From Ruminococcaceae bacterium UBA2854 (lineage in GTDB: Bacteria; Bacillota; Clostridia; Oscillospirales; Acutalibacteraceae): a stretch of 64,000 bases of DNA. Both the position numbers and the translations under genes were made by a program. This document shows, piece by piece, positions 10,008-19,201 of this stretch; positions within the stretch are counted from its first letter, which is position 1, and each line of letters opens with the position of its first letter. The stretch spans positions 320 through 64,319 of the forward strand of contig DEFK01000024.1 of assembly GCA_002350765.1 (NCBI GenBank), read 5' to 3'. The notes under the pieces are model-generated. The model saw only the letters and a list, made by a program, of their open reading frames with translations. It made no database searches and was not told where the DNA came from.

Positions 10008-10760
10008 TTATATATAATGATTGATAACAATTTTTAACCTGTCTTTTTTAGTAAATCCCGTTTGTTCCTTAATAACAAACTTTCCATACCCTCTTATGGT
10101 TAATATATCGTCAGTTTTTAACTGATGACTTACATTTTTATTCTCCGAATAATTAGTTAGAACCTTACCCGATAAAATAGTATTAGCGGCTTTTTCCCGC
10201 GAAAGCTTTGTTATGGCGGCGACTATAGCGTCAAGCCGCATAGAGCTTACAATCAGCGAAAGCTTCTCGATACTGTCCGTGAAATCAATATCTAAGCTTT
10301 TGCCGTCTACAATCCTTACGCCGACTCTGCCAACTTTAGAAATCTGGGAAACTATATAATCTTTAATCTCGTCTTTAACGAAACATACGGCTTTCCCCTC
10401 GTTAACAACAATATCACCGATACAGCTTCTTTCGATTCCGAGATTCATTAAAGCGCCGAGAAAATCCCTGTGGGATAGCTTATCTGTTTTTCTGAACTGA
10501 AAATATATACCGCTTAAAGGATATAAGGATAAATTTACTTCTTTTTCGAAAAAACAGAGAAACTTTCTTTTAGCGTTCTCGAACCCGCCGTAATAGCTTA
10601 TATAAGAGCTGTAAAACGGAAAGCTGTTATTGATTATGTACTGTTCTCTTTCGTTAAGAAAGCCGAGAAAATAAGGTTTGTTTCTTGTTAAAGATAAGTC
10701 CGCTATATCTTCTACTCGGGATAAAAGCTCTTTATCCTCTTTATCAGAAGTATACGCCAC
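10008..10760 (-). CDS. ylmH: YlmH-like S4-domain RNA-binding protein
   Basis: 250 aa. Sits between sepF and divIVA as in the Bacillus ylm cluster and has a C-terminal S4 fold (RLD...). The GTG start is uncertain. Confidence 0.8.
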   Translation of the reverse strand: MAYTSDKEDKELLSRVEDIADLSLTRNKPYFLGFLNEREQYIINNSFPFYSSYISYYGGFENAKRKFLCFFEKEVNLSLYPLSGIYFQFRKTDKLSHRDFLGALMNLGIERSCIGDIVVNEGKAVCFVKDEIKDYIVSQISKVGRVGVRIVDGKSLDIDFTDSIEKLSLIVSSMRLDAIVAAITKLSREKAANTILSGKVLTNYSENKNVSHQLKTDDILTIRGYGKFVIKEQTGFTKKDRLKIVINHYI

Positions 10761-11193
10761 TGCTCTCTAATTCGTCGAGAAGGTCGTCGCCTGTAAGATC
10801 TACATTATTGGGGATAATAATAAATGTGCTGGAAGCAACTCTCTTTATCTTTCCGCGGTTAGCGTAAGCAACGCCGCTTAAGAAGTCGATAATTCTTCTT
10901 GACATATCCTTATTGGTTTCTTCGAGATTTAAAACTACGGTATGAGTTTTAATAAGCTCGTCAGCGATAGTTCTTGTTTCTTCGCCGAATCTTTCGGGTT
11001 TAAACAGCGCAACCTGGAGTTTAGCTGTAGCGCTTATATTTACAACTTTATTTCTGTGGTTATCCATATAGGGAGCAACTTCCTCGTAATCGTCATCGTC
11101 GTTCTCCGCGTAACCATACTCGTCGTATCCGTTATAGTACTCCTCTTCGGGAGCGTCCCACATACGTTTAAACTTGTCTACAAATCCTGCCAT
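10744..11193 (-). CDS. sepF: cell division protein SepF
   Basis: 149 aa. Acidic linker plus a conserved C-terminal SepF domain (V.L..P..F.E...I.D.L......V.NL). Confidence 0.88.
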   Translation of the reverse strand: MAGFVDKFKRMWDAPEEEYYNGYDEYGYAENDDDDYEEVAPYMDNHRNKVVNISATAKLQVALFKPERFGEETRTIADELIKTHTVVLNLEETNKDMSRRIIDFLSGVAYANRGKIKRVASSTFIIIPNNVDLTGDDLLDELESSGVYF

Positions 11194-11214
11194 TTCTTAT
11201 ATCCTCCTAATTTA

Positions 11215-11928
11215 TCAATTATAATTACGGGCGCCGAACAGTGATGAACCTATTCTCACCATATTGGCTCCGCATAAAATTGCTTCGTAATAATCGGCAG
11301 ACATTCCCATTGAAAGAATATCCATAGATATATTATCTATGTTTTTGTCCGATATGTCAATAAATATATTGTTCATTTTATCGAAAAATTTCAGATTTTT
11401 TTGTGGACTATCACAAATCGGCGGTATACACATTAAGCCTTTAACCGAAATATTCTCTAAATCTTTTATTTCATCAAGCAATTCGTGAAGATTTTCGGCG
11501 TTTATACCGCTTTTGCTTTCTTCTTCGCCGATATTTACTTCGATAAGCACATCGGAGTTGATATTATTCTTCTTAGATTGCTTGGAAATCTCCTTAGCGA
11601 GCTTAACGGAATCTACGGATTGAATCAAATCGACCTTACCGACAATCTGTCGTACCTTATTGCTCTGTAAATGTCCGATAAACTGTAGAGAAGCGTTATT
11701 GAGGTCGTAGTCCTCGTACTTGGAAAGAAGTTCCTGCACCTTATTCTCACCGATATATTTAAGTCCTAATGATATAGCGTAATTAATTCTATCGGCGTCA
11801 ACGGTTTTTGTAGCGGCGAGAAACGTAATATCTTCCCTGTTTCTTCCCGACTTAACCGCGGCTTCGCTTATTCTTTCCTCTATAGTCTTATAATTATACT
11901 CAATATCATTGAATAATTTTTCCGTCAT
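11215..11928 (-). CDS. YggS/YlmE family pyridoxal-phosphate homeostasis protein
   Basis: Alanine-racemase N-terminal fold with the AATKT PLP-Lys motif and HLQSNK. I moved the start to ATG 11928 (MTEKLF...). It overlaps the upstream gene by 23 nt. Confidence 0.88.
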   Translation of the reverse strand: MTEKLFNDIEYNYKTIEERISEAAVKSGRNREDITFLAATKTVDADRINYAISLGLKYIGENKVQELLSKYEDYDLNNASLQFIGHLQSNKVRQIVGKVDLIQSVDSVKLAKEISKQSKKNNINSDVLIEVNIGEEESKSGINAENLHELLDEIKDLENISVKGLMCIPPICDSPQKNLKFFDKMNNIFIDISDKNIDNISMDILSMGMSADYYEAILCGANMVRIGSSLFGARNYN

Positions 11929-13201
11929 ATAAATTATCTCCTTTAACAACAACTTGATCGTAAAGCTGGAGCGTCTCATCGCTGAACAGCACGCCGTCGT
12001 TGGGTTCGCTGTCACAAAGAACGTAGTCGTTCGCGGAATATTTAATAACTATTTCTTTAAATATCAATTCCGAACCGTGTAATACATATACGCCCTGAAC
12101 TTTTTTCTTCTTTTCGATCTTATTGCCTTTTTTATCCTCGACAACCTTTTTAACGTATTCATCGTGAATCGCGCGCTTCGATACCTTTAATCCCGTATAT
12201 GACATTGTTGTGATATCAACGTTTTCAATTCTTGCATTAGCTATATATTTATTCATATAGTCGCAGCTCAGTACAAGCAGCGCGTCGCTCTTTTTGGTTT
12301 TCTGATTTATCGAGAAAATTGTACATGGTATTTTTTCAGAAGTAATAGACGGCATCGAAATAGATAGAGGTATTTTATCACTCTGTAGTTTAGAAAGCAT
12401 AATCGAATCGTCGGAAGATACCTTACAGGTAACGTACCAAATAGGATCGGTAACTATTTTACCGACTACATTTTTCTTTACTTTCTTTTTCTTTACTTTA
12501 TTCATACTGTTAGCGGTAAGATATTTTAAATTATCTACGTTAAAGGATTTTTCATATCCGTCACATGTGGAAATAAAATACCCTGCTTTAGGCGCCGCTA
12601 AAGTTCCTATACTCGGAGAACAGTTGTTAAGGATTTTATACTTTTCCGATTTAAGCTGATTGATTTTACTGCTGAAGCTTTTAACGGAGCCTGTTGTAAT
12701 CTGGCGGCCGCAAATTGAAATCAATAAATCCTCGCAGGAGTTACGTGCGTCAATAAGCTTCCCGTTATTTACATCCTCAGATATTGTAAAAATATTATTG
12801 CTGATCTGAGCGTTGATTGTATCCAGTCCTACGCTGTCCTTATAATAGGAATTAGAAAGTGTTTTTAAAGTTTTAATCTGTCTGTTTATATTTTCTATTT
12901 GTTTACGCGATACCGCGTCGTGTTCGTTGCGGTATATATCGGCTATAGTCTGACCTCCGCTTACATCATCGCCGTCGTTAATGTTATAAGATAATACGCC
13001 TTTTGATGAATTTGTAACGTAAGATTCGTTACGTATAATAAACGCTTTCGCGGAGATTGTCTTGGACACGGTAGTCTGTATAGCTTCCTCAGTCTGAACA
13101 GCGTTAACGAAATTAGCGCTTACTATCAAATAGACAATATATGCAATTATAAGAACTGATAATAAACCAATTATAATTCTTTTAAATAATAATTTATCCA
13201 T
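11906..13201 (-). CDS. membrane-anchored HlyD/membrane-fusion-like protein
   Basis: One N-terminal TM helix, split lipoyl-like segments flanking a coiled region, and a beta-rich C-terminus. I placed the start at ATG 13201, after an AAAGGA SD. The family call is made by eye only. Confidence 0.55.
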   Translation of the reverse strand: MDKLLFKRIIIGLLSVLIIAYIVYLIVSANFVNAVQTEEAIQTTVSKTISAKAFIIRNESYVTNSSKGVLSYNINDGDDVSGGQTIADIYRNEHDAVSRKQIENINRQIKTLKTLSNSYYKDSVGLDTINAQISNNIFTISEDVNNGKLIDARNSCEDLLISICGRQITTGSVKSFSSKINQLKSEKYKILNNCSPSIGTLAAPKAGYFISTCDGYEKSFNVDNLKYLTANSMNKVKKKKVKKNVVGKIVTDPIWYVTCKVSSDDSIMLSKLQSDKIPLSISMPSITSEKIPCTIFSINQKTKKSDALLVLSCDYMNKYIANARIENVDITTMSYTGLKVSKRAIHDEYVKKVVEDKKGNKIEKKKKVQGVYVLHGSELIFKEIVIKYSANDYVLCDSEPNDGVLFSDETLQLYDQVVVKGDNLYDGKIIQ

Positions 13202-14138
13202 ATAAAAATCCTTTGTTTTCAATATACCCTTTAATATAATCTAGCTGTTGCTCGGTAGAAGTCAATTCGTCGATATTCAGCCAGATTATACTGCTGTTAC
13301 GCTTAAACCATGTCAATTGTCTTTTAGCGTAATGGCGGGTTTCCAATTTTATTCTGTCAATACACTCTTCCAAAGTTGCCTCATTATTAAAATACGGCTT
13401 TAATTGCTTATATCCGATTGCTTTCGAAGCGGTTTCGCTCATATCGGATTTAAGCATATCCTCCGCCTCTTTAACAAGACCGTTTTCAATCATTATATCT
13501 ACGCGCTTATTGATTCTGTCGTATAAATACTGACGGTTATTAGCTTTTAATCCGAAAATGAGATACTGATATTCGGAGTCAACATTCTTTCTTTTTTCAA
13601 TCTGTTCGGTAATTGTAACGCCTGTAGTTTTGTAGAACTCAATAGCTCTTACAATACGCTTTTGGTTACGGCCTTCATAAAGACGCATATATGAAGCGGG
13701 GTCGATTTCAATTAGCTTTTTAAGAAGATAATCTATACCTTTTTCATCGGCAAGCTTATTGAGCTCGGCTCTTAGTTCTAAATCGGCGCTGTTATCTACG
13801 AAATCAATACCGTTTAAAAACGAGTCGATATATAGCCCAGTACCTCCGCAAAGAATCGGGAGCTTTGAATCGTTGATTATTTCGTCAACGGCAGCTTTAG
13901 CGTCGTTTACAAACTTTCCTACAGAGTAGGTTTCGCTTATATCCAGGAAATCTATTAGATGATGCTTAATACCCTGCATCTCTTTTTCGTCAGGCTTAGC
14001 TGTAGCGATATTCATTCCGCGGTATATCTGCATACTGTCGGCGGATACGATTTCGCCGTTATAAGTTTTAGCGAGTTCAATCGAAAGGCTTGTCTTACCC
14101 GAAGCTGTAGGCCCAACAATTACAAGAAGTTTTTTCAT
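13194..14138 (-). CDS. miaA: tRNA dimethylallyltransferase
   Basis: Has the P-loop GPTASGKT and the MQIYRGMNIATAKP motif. I placed the start at ATG 14138 (MKKLLVIVGP...). Confidence 0.93.
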   Translation of the reverse strand: MKKLLVIVGPTASGKTSLSIELAKTYNGEIVSADSMQIYRGMNIATAKPDEKEMQGIKHHLIDFLDISETYSVGKFVNDAKAAVDEIINDSKLPILCGGTGLYIDSFLNGIDFVDNSADLELRAELNKLADEKGIDYLLKKLIEIDPASYMRLYEGRNQKRIVRAIEFYKTTGVTITEQIEKRKNVDSEYQYLIFGLKANNRQYLYDRINKRVDIMIENGLVKEAEDMLKSDMSETASKAIGYKQLKPYFNNEATLEECIDRIKLETRHYAKRQLTWFKRNSSIIWLNIDELTSTEQQLDYIKGYIENKGFLYG

Positions 14139-14142
14139 AATT

Positions 14143-16152
14143 CTACACTCTGCCGAATTGTTTTTCAAGTTCGTATTTACTCATAACCATACAAACAGGT
14201 CTGCCATGCGGGCAATATCTGAGTGTAGGGTCGTTATCAAGCTTGTTGGCTATATCAATAAGTTCTTCGCGTGTACTTATATTACCGCCTTTGATAGCGG
14301 CTCTGCACGCGACGTTATGGTATATCCAATCCATTTTTTCGCTTCTGATATCCTTTTTGTTCTGAGCGATATATCCTGCCATTTCAATTACGGAGGATTC
14401 TATATCGTCAAGCTCAAGGTACTGCGGAGCTCCTCTTACGATAAGCGTTCCGTTTCCGAAGTCCTCGATATCGAAAGCACATTCCTTAAACATATCGAGA
14501 TTGCTTATAGCCGCTTCGTAATCGTTTTTGTTAAGCACAACTGTTATCGGCTGTAAAAGCGCCTGGGAATAACCAGCGCCTCTCTCCTCTTTCAGCTTTT
14601 CGTAAATCATACGCTCGTGAGCGGCGTGCTTATCTATAATTATAATCTCTTTGTCATTTTTTTCTACGAATATATAGGTTTTAAAGGCTTCGCCTATGAA
14701 TGTGAGTTTGTTTTTCGGAGTTTCGTATAAAGGCTTAGGCTCCTCAACTACAGGTTCAGTCTCTTTTATCTCAGGTTTTATTTCCTTCGGCTTTGATACA
14801 ATAAGTTCCTCGTCGGGAATATTTACCTTATTCTCTTTTACCACGGATACGATAGTGGTATCCACAGGTTCTTTTTTATCAGCGTTTTCCTTTATAACGT
14901 GTTCGATATTTGACTGCCGTTTAACCGCTTCTTTAGAGTAAATATCGAGCGGTTCGCTTCGGTTGCTGACCGAGACGTTAAGACTGCCTATGGGCTTAGT
15001 GTTGTTTATAACATCATTAAGCGATTTAATAGGATCATCATTTTTCTTCTCAGGTTCCTTTTTATCAAAAACCGCGGGTGTGGATACAAACGGCTTAGGC
15101 TTTTTTATATCCGCGAAAGCGTTGTTTGTACTCTCGTTTCTGAAAGTAACGGCTTTTCTCTCGTCGTTATTGTTAAGACAGGTTTTAACGGCGTGATATA
15201 CGGCGTCAAACACAGGTCTTTCATTAATAAACCTTACCTCAATTTTTGAGGGGTGAACATTAACGTCAATTGCCTCAAACGGAATAGACATATGTAATAC
15301 ACAGCCGGGGAATTTGCCTACCATTACGCTTCCCTTGCACGCTTCCTCGATAGCCGCCATAGCGGTTAAGGACTTAACATATCGTCCGTTTATAAAGAAA
15401 TTCTGCATAGACCTGTTGGGACGAGCGTTAAAAGGCTTTGTAATATAGCCCTTGATCGCGATACCGTTTAATTCATAATCAACAGGGATTAATCCGTTCG
15501 CGAAATCTCGTCCGTAAACAGAATAAATAGCGGATTTAATTTTTCCGTCGCCCGAGGTGTTTAAAGCGCGTTTTCCGTCACGAATAAAGGTGAATTTAAT
15601 CTCGGGGTGTGATAAAGCAATTTTATCAATAACATTAGCGACAGCGTTACCCTCGGCTCTGTCTTTTTTCAAAAACTTCATTCGCGCGGGAATATTATAA
15701 AACAAATCCCTTACGATAATTGTAGTTCCGACGGGACAGCCCGCGTCCTCAAAGGATATTTCCTCTCCGCCGTCAATCTCGTAGGAAATGCCTATATCCT
15801 CGGACTTGTTTCTTGTAAGCAGCTGAAGCCTCGATACGGAAGATATTGAGGATAAAGCCTCGCCGCGGAAACCTAAGGTAGCGATACTGTCAAGGTCGTT
15901 TTCGAGTTTTATTTTACTGGTGGCATGAGGTAAAAAGGCGAGCTTAACATCGTCGCGCATAATACCGCAGCCGTTATCGGTTACTCTCATAAATGTGATG
16001 CCGCCGTTTTGAATCTCTACGGTAATATCAGTCGCACCCGCGTCTATTGAGTTTTCCACCATTTCCTTGATAGCGGAAGCGGGACGTTCTACTACCTCGC
16101 CCGCGGCTATAAGCTCCGCGACGTGTTTATCAAGAACGTTTATGACACCCAT
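14143..16152 (-). CDS. mutL: DNA mismatch repair protein MutL
   Basis: 669 aa. N-terminal GHKL ATPase (IAAGEVVERPASAIKEL-like), a low-complexity linker and a C-terminal dimerisation domain. Confidence 0.95.
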   Translation of the reverse strand: MGVINVLDKHVAELIAAGEVVERPASAIKEMVENSIDAGATDITVEIQNGGITFMRVTDNGCGIMRDDVKLAFLPHATSKIKLENDLDSIATLGFRGEALSSISSVSRLQLLTRNKSEDIGISYEIDGGEEISFEDAGCPVGTTIIVRDLFYNIPARMKFLKKDRAEGNAVANVIDKIALSHPEIKFTFIRDGKRALNTSGDGKIKSAIYSVYGRDFANGLIPVDYELNGIAIKGYITKPFNARPNRSMQNFFINGRYVKSLTAMAAIEEACKGSVMVGKFPGCVLHMSIPFEAIDVNVHPSKIEVRFINERPVFDAVYHAVKTCLNNNDERKAVTFRNESTNNAFADIKKPKPFVSTPAVFDKKEPEKKNDDPIKSLNDVINNTKPIGSLNVSVSNRSEPLDIYSKEAVKRQSNIEHVIKENADKKEPVDTTIVSVVKENKVNIPDEELIVSKPKEIKPEIKETEPVVEEPKPLYETPKNKLTFIGEAFKTYIFVEKNDKEIIIIDKHAAHERMIYEKLKEERGAGYSQALLQPITVVLNKNDYEAAISNLDMFKECAFDIEDFGNGTLIVRGAPQYLELDDIESSVIEMAGYIAQNKKDIRSEKMDWIYHNVACRAAIKGGNISTREELIDIANKLDNDPTLRYCPHGRPVCMVMSKYELEKQFGRV

Positions 16153-16164
16153 TTATTTCACCAC

Positions 16165-18762
16165 CTAAATCATATTTTTTAATTCATATAAAAGGTTTAT
16201 AGCTTCTATCGGAGTTAAAGTGTTTATATCAACATTTTTAAGCTTCTCCGAAATAGCGCCGTCCATACTCGGCATTAAAGAAAGCTGTTCAATATCCTGA
16301 GCGGATTTTTTAACCTTCTTTTCTATATTGATTTTACTGTTGCCGCTTTCGAGCTCAGAAAGTATCTCTTTAGCCCTGTCGGTAATATAATCGGGTATTC
16401 CCGCAAGCTTCGCTACCTCAATACCGTAGCTGTCGTCAGCGCCACCCGGAACGATTCTCCTAAGGAAGGTAATATCGTCTCCCTTTTTCTTAACGGCTAT
16501 ATTGTAGTTGTTTACACCGTCTATAACTTCTTCGAGCACCGTAAGCTCATGGTAATGCGTAGCGAATAACGCTTTAGCGCCGAGCTTCTTCTTATCGGCG
16601 ACATATTCAAGCACGGCTCTCGCTATACTCATACCATCGAATGTAGAAGTACCGCGGCCGATTTCGTCAAGGATAAGGAGTGATTTTGACGTAGCGTTGG
16701 AAACGATATTAGCGACCTCGCTCATTTCTACCATAAATGTCGATTGTCCCGAAGCTAAATCATCGGAAGCGCCCACACGGGTAAAAATACTGTCTACAAT
16801 ACCGATTTCCGCGGATGAAGCGGGTACGAAGCTGCCTATCTGTGCCATAAGTACAATTAAAGCAACCTGTCGCATATATGTAGATTTACCTGCCATATTA
16901 GGACCTGTTATAATAGCTACTCTGTTCGCGGAACAGTTTAAGAACACATCGTTCGGTACAAACGGAGCTCCGTTTAAAAGCTGTTCTACAACGGGATGAC
17001 GGCTGTCTTTAAGGATAATATTATCCTTAAGATTAACGTCAGGTCGCACATAACGGTTATCAGCCGCTACATTAGCAAGCGACGTCAGAACGTCAAGCTC
17101 GGCGATAGCGGACGCCGTAGTCTGAATACGCTCGAGTTCGGAAGCTACTTTCTTTCTGATATCGTCAAAGAGTCTGTATTCAAGAGCGACGGCCTTATCC
17201 TTGGCTCCTAAAATCCTGCCCTCGACATTCTTTAGTTCTTCCGTTATATATCTTTCGCAGTTAGTTAAGGTCTGCTTACGTATATAGGTTTCGGGCACCA
17301 TATCCTTATAGGAGTTGGTAACTTCGATATAGTAGCCGAAAACTCTGTTATAGCCAACTCTTAGCTTGGGAATTTTTGTAAGCTCTCGCTGTTCTTCCTC
17401 GATTCTGGAGAGGATACCTGTCGAGTTGTTCATATCCTCGCTGACTTCGTCGAGCTCTTTATTATAGCCCCGCTTAATAATTCCGCCCTCTTTAACGGAA
17501 AACGGCGGTTCCTCGACAATAGCGTCGTCAATAAGCTTGTAAATATCCTCTAAGGTATCGAGCTTGTTGTAAAGCTGTTTTAAAAGGCTCGAGGAACAAT
17601 CCTTTAACAAATCTTTTATAATCGGCAGTTTTTCTACCGCGCTTGCGAGAGAGCGAAGCTCTCTGCCTTTAGCGGAGCCGTAAACGATATTGGTCATAAG
17701 TCTTTCGATGTCGAAAATACCGACTAAAGCGGCGGTTAAATCAAGTCTTAAAACCGTTTCGTTTACTATTTCCTCAACAGCGCTCTGGCGGTTGATTATC
17801 TTGGTAACGTTCATCAGCGGCTTTTCAATCCAGCTTCTTAAAAGCCTTTTACCCATCGATGTTTTAGTTTTATCAAGTACCCAAAGAAGCGAGCCTTTCT
17901 TTTCCTTGGTAAGCATTGTTTGGGTAAGCTCTAAGTTTCTCTGCGTGTTAAAATCGAGCTTCATAAACTGGTTCTCGGAGAACAGGTTAATATGATTGAT
18001 TCTCTCTAAACCGTTTTTCTGAGTATCTTTAAGATATGAAATCAAAGCGCCGAGCGCGCAGATAATCAGCTTATTATCTTCTATTAATTCATAATCATTG
18101 CTAAACTGTGTTTTTACAATATCCTCACAGGTCATTAAAGCAAAGCTGCTGTCGTCGAGCATTTCTACTGTAGTGGAAAGCTTGTCCTTTATAAACGCGG
18201 GGAGTTCTTTAAACTCTATAACATCTCCGCCTAAAAGTATCTCTCGGGGGTTATAGCTTGTCAGCTGGCTTTTTATCTTCTCTACACAGTCCTTGCCCTT
18301 AAAATCGGTAACGTATAATTCTCCTGTAGAAATATCGCAGAAGCACATAGCTACGTTTTTCTTTTCGGAATAGATACAGCAGATATAGTTGTTTCTGCTT
18401 TCGTCCAGCATACTGCTCTCGATAACCGTACCTGGGGTTACAACTCGCACTATATCTCTTTGTACTATAGTTTTAGCCTTGGAAGGATCTTCCATCTGCT
18501 CGCAAATCGCGACCTTATAACCCTTTTGCACAAGACGGGCTATATAGCTTTCACAGCTATGGTAAGGTACTCCGCACATCGGAGCTCTTTCCTCGAGGCC
18601 GCAGTCGCGACCTGTAAGAGTTAATTCCAATTCTTTAGAAGCAAGTTTAGCGTCGTCGAAAAACATTTCGTAGAAATCGCCGAGTCTGAAAAACAGAATA
18701 CTATCGCTGTTTTCTTCTTTAATTTTTAAATACTGCTGCATCATCGGTGATAGCTTTTCCAT
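16165..18762 (-). CDS. mutS: DNA mismatch repair protein MutS
   Basis: 865 aa. Has N-terminal PMMQQY, the Walker A motif GPNMAGKST, and DEIGRGTS. Confidence 0.97.
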   Translation of the reverse strand: MEKLSPMMQQYLKIKEENSDSILFFRLGDFYEMFFDDAKLASKELELTLTGRDCGLEERAPMCGVPYHSCESYIARLVQKGYKVAICEQMEDPSKAKTIVQRDIVRVVTPGTVIESSMLDESRNNYICCIYSEKKNVAMCFCDISTGELYVTDFKGKDCVEKIKSQLTSYNPREILLGGDVIEFKELPAFIKDKLSTTVEMLDDSSFALMTCEDIVKTQFSNDYELIEDNKLIICALGALISYLKDTQKNGLERINHINLFSENQFMKLDFNTQRNLELTQTMLTKEKKGSLLWVLDKTKTSMGKRLLRSWIEKPLMNVTKIINRQSAVEEIVNETVLRLDLTAALVGIFDIERLMTNIVYGSAKGRELRSLASAVEKLPIIKDLLKDCSSSLLKQLYNKLDTLEDIYKLIDDAIVEEPPFSVKEGGIIKRGYNKELDEVSEDMNNSTGILSRIEEEQRELTKIPKLRVGYNRVFGYYIEVTNSYKDMVPETYIRKQTLTNCERYITEELKNVEGRILGAKDKAVALEYRLFDDIRKKVASELERIQTTASAIAELDVLTSLANVAADNRYVRPDVNLKDNIILKDSRHPVVEQLLNGAPFVPNDVFLNCSANRVAIITGPNMAGKSTYMRQVALIVLMAQIGSFVPASSAEIGIVDSIFTRVGASDDLASGQSTFMVEMSEVANIVSNATSKSLLILDEIGRGTSTFDGMSIARAVLEYVADKKKLGAKALFATHYHELTVLEEVIDGVNNYNIAVKKKGDDITFLRRIVPGGADDSYGIEVAKLAGIPDYITDRAKEILSELESGNSKINIEKKVKKSAQDIEQLSLMPSMDGAISEKLKNVDINTLTPIEAINLLYELKNMI

Positions 18763-18794
18763 AAACTCACTCCTTTCATAGATTTATTAATGTA

Positions 18795-19199
18795 TCAGCC
18801 GCAACCGCCGCAGGTAGCGCAGCTTCCCGTACAGGATGAATCGAAGTCTGTAGTTTCGGGATCTTCGCCCGCGATACAATTCTGTAATATAGTCATAACT
18901 CTACCCGATACCTGGTCGAAAAGCTGTTTCGATTCGTTATAGGCTTTCATATTCTCGTTAGCCATAATATCGGCGTAAACCTTCTGCATCTCTTTATTAA
19001 GCTCGGCTATTTTTTCGCCGTCTTTCTCAGCTTTCTGTGTTTCTACATTAATAGAAAGTCTTTTTAAATTAAACTCTTTAATTAATTCCTGAAGCTCAGT
19101 ATCAGCGTCAGCCTTTTTCTCGGCTTCTTTCATACTCTTATAGCTTTCTTCATCCTGGAGAAGCTTTCCTAGCTCTCTTGTTTTTTCTATTAAATCCAT
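18795..19199 (-). CDS. YlbF/YmcA (RicF/RicA) family protein with a C-terminal Cys-rich tail
   Basis: 134 aa helical protein. It holds the same position (after miaB, before mutS) as ymcA in B. subtilis. It ends in SCTGSCATCGGCG. Confidence 0.7.
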   Translation of the reverse strand: MDLIEKTRELGKLLQDEESYKSMKEAEKKADADTELQELIKEFNLKRLSINVETQKAEKDGEKIAELNKEMQKVYADIMANENMKAYNESKQLFDQVSGRVMTILQNCIAGEDPETTDFDSSCTGSCATCGGCG

Positions 19200-19201
19200 A
19201 A

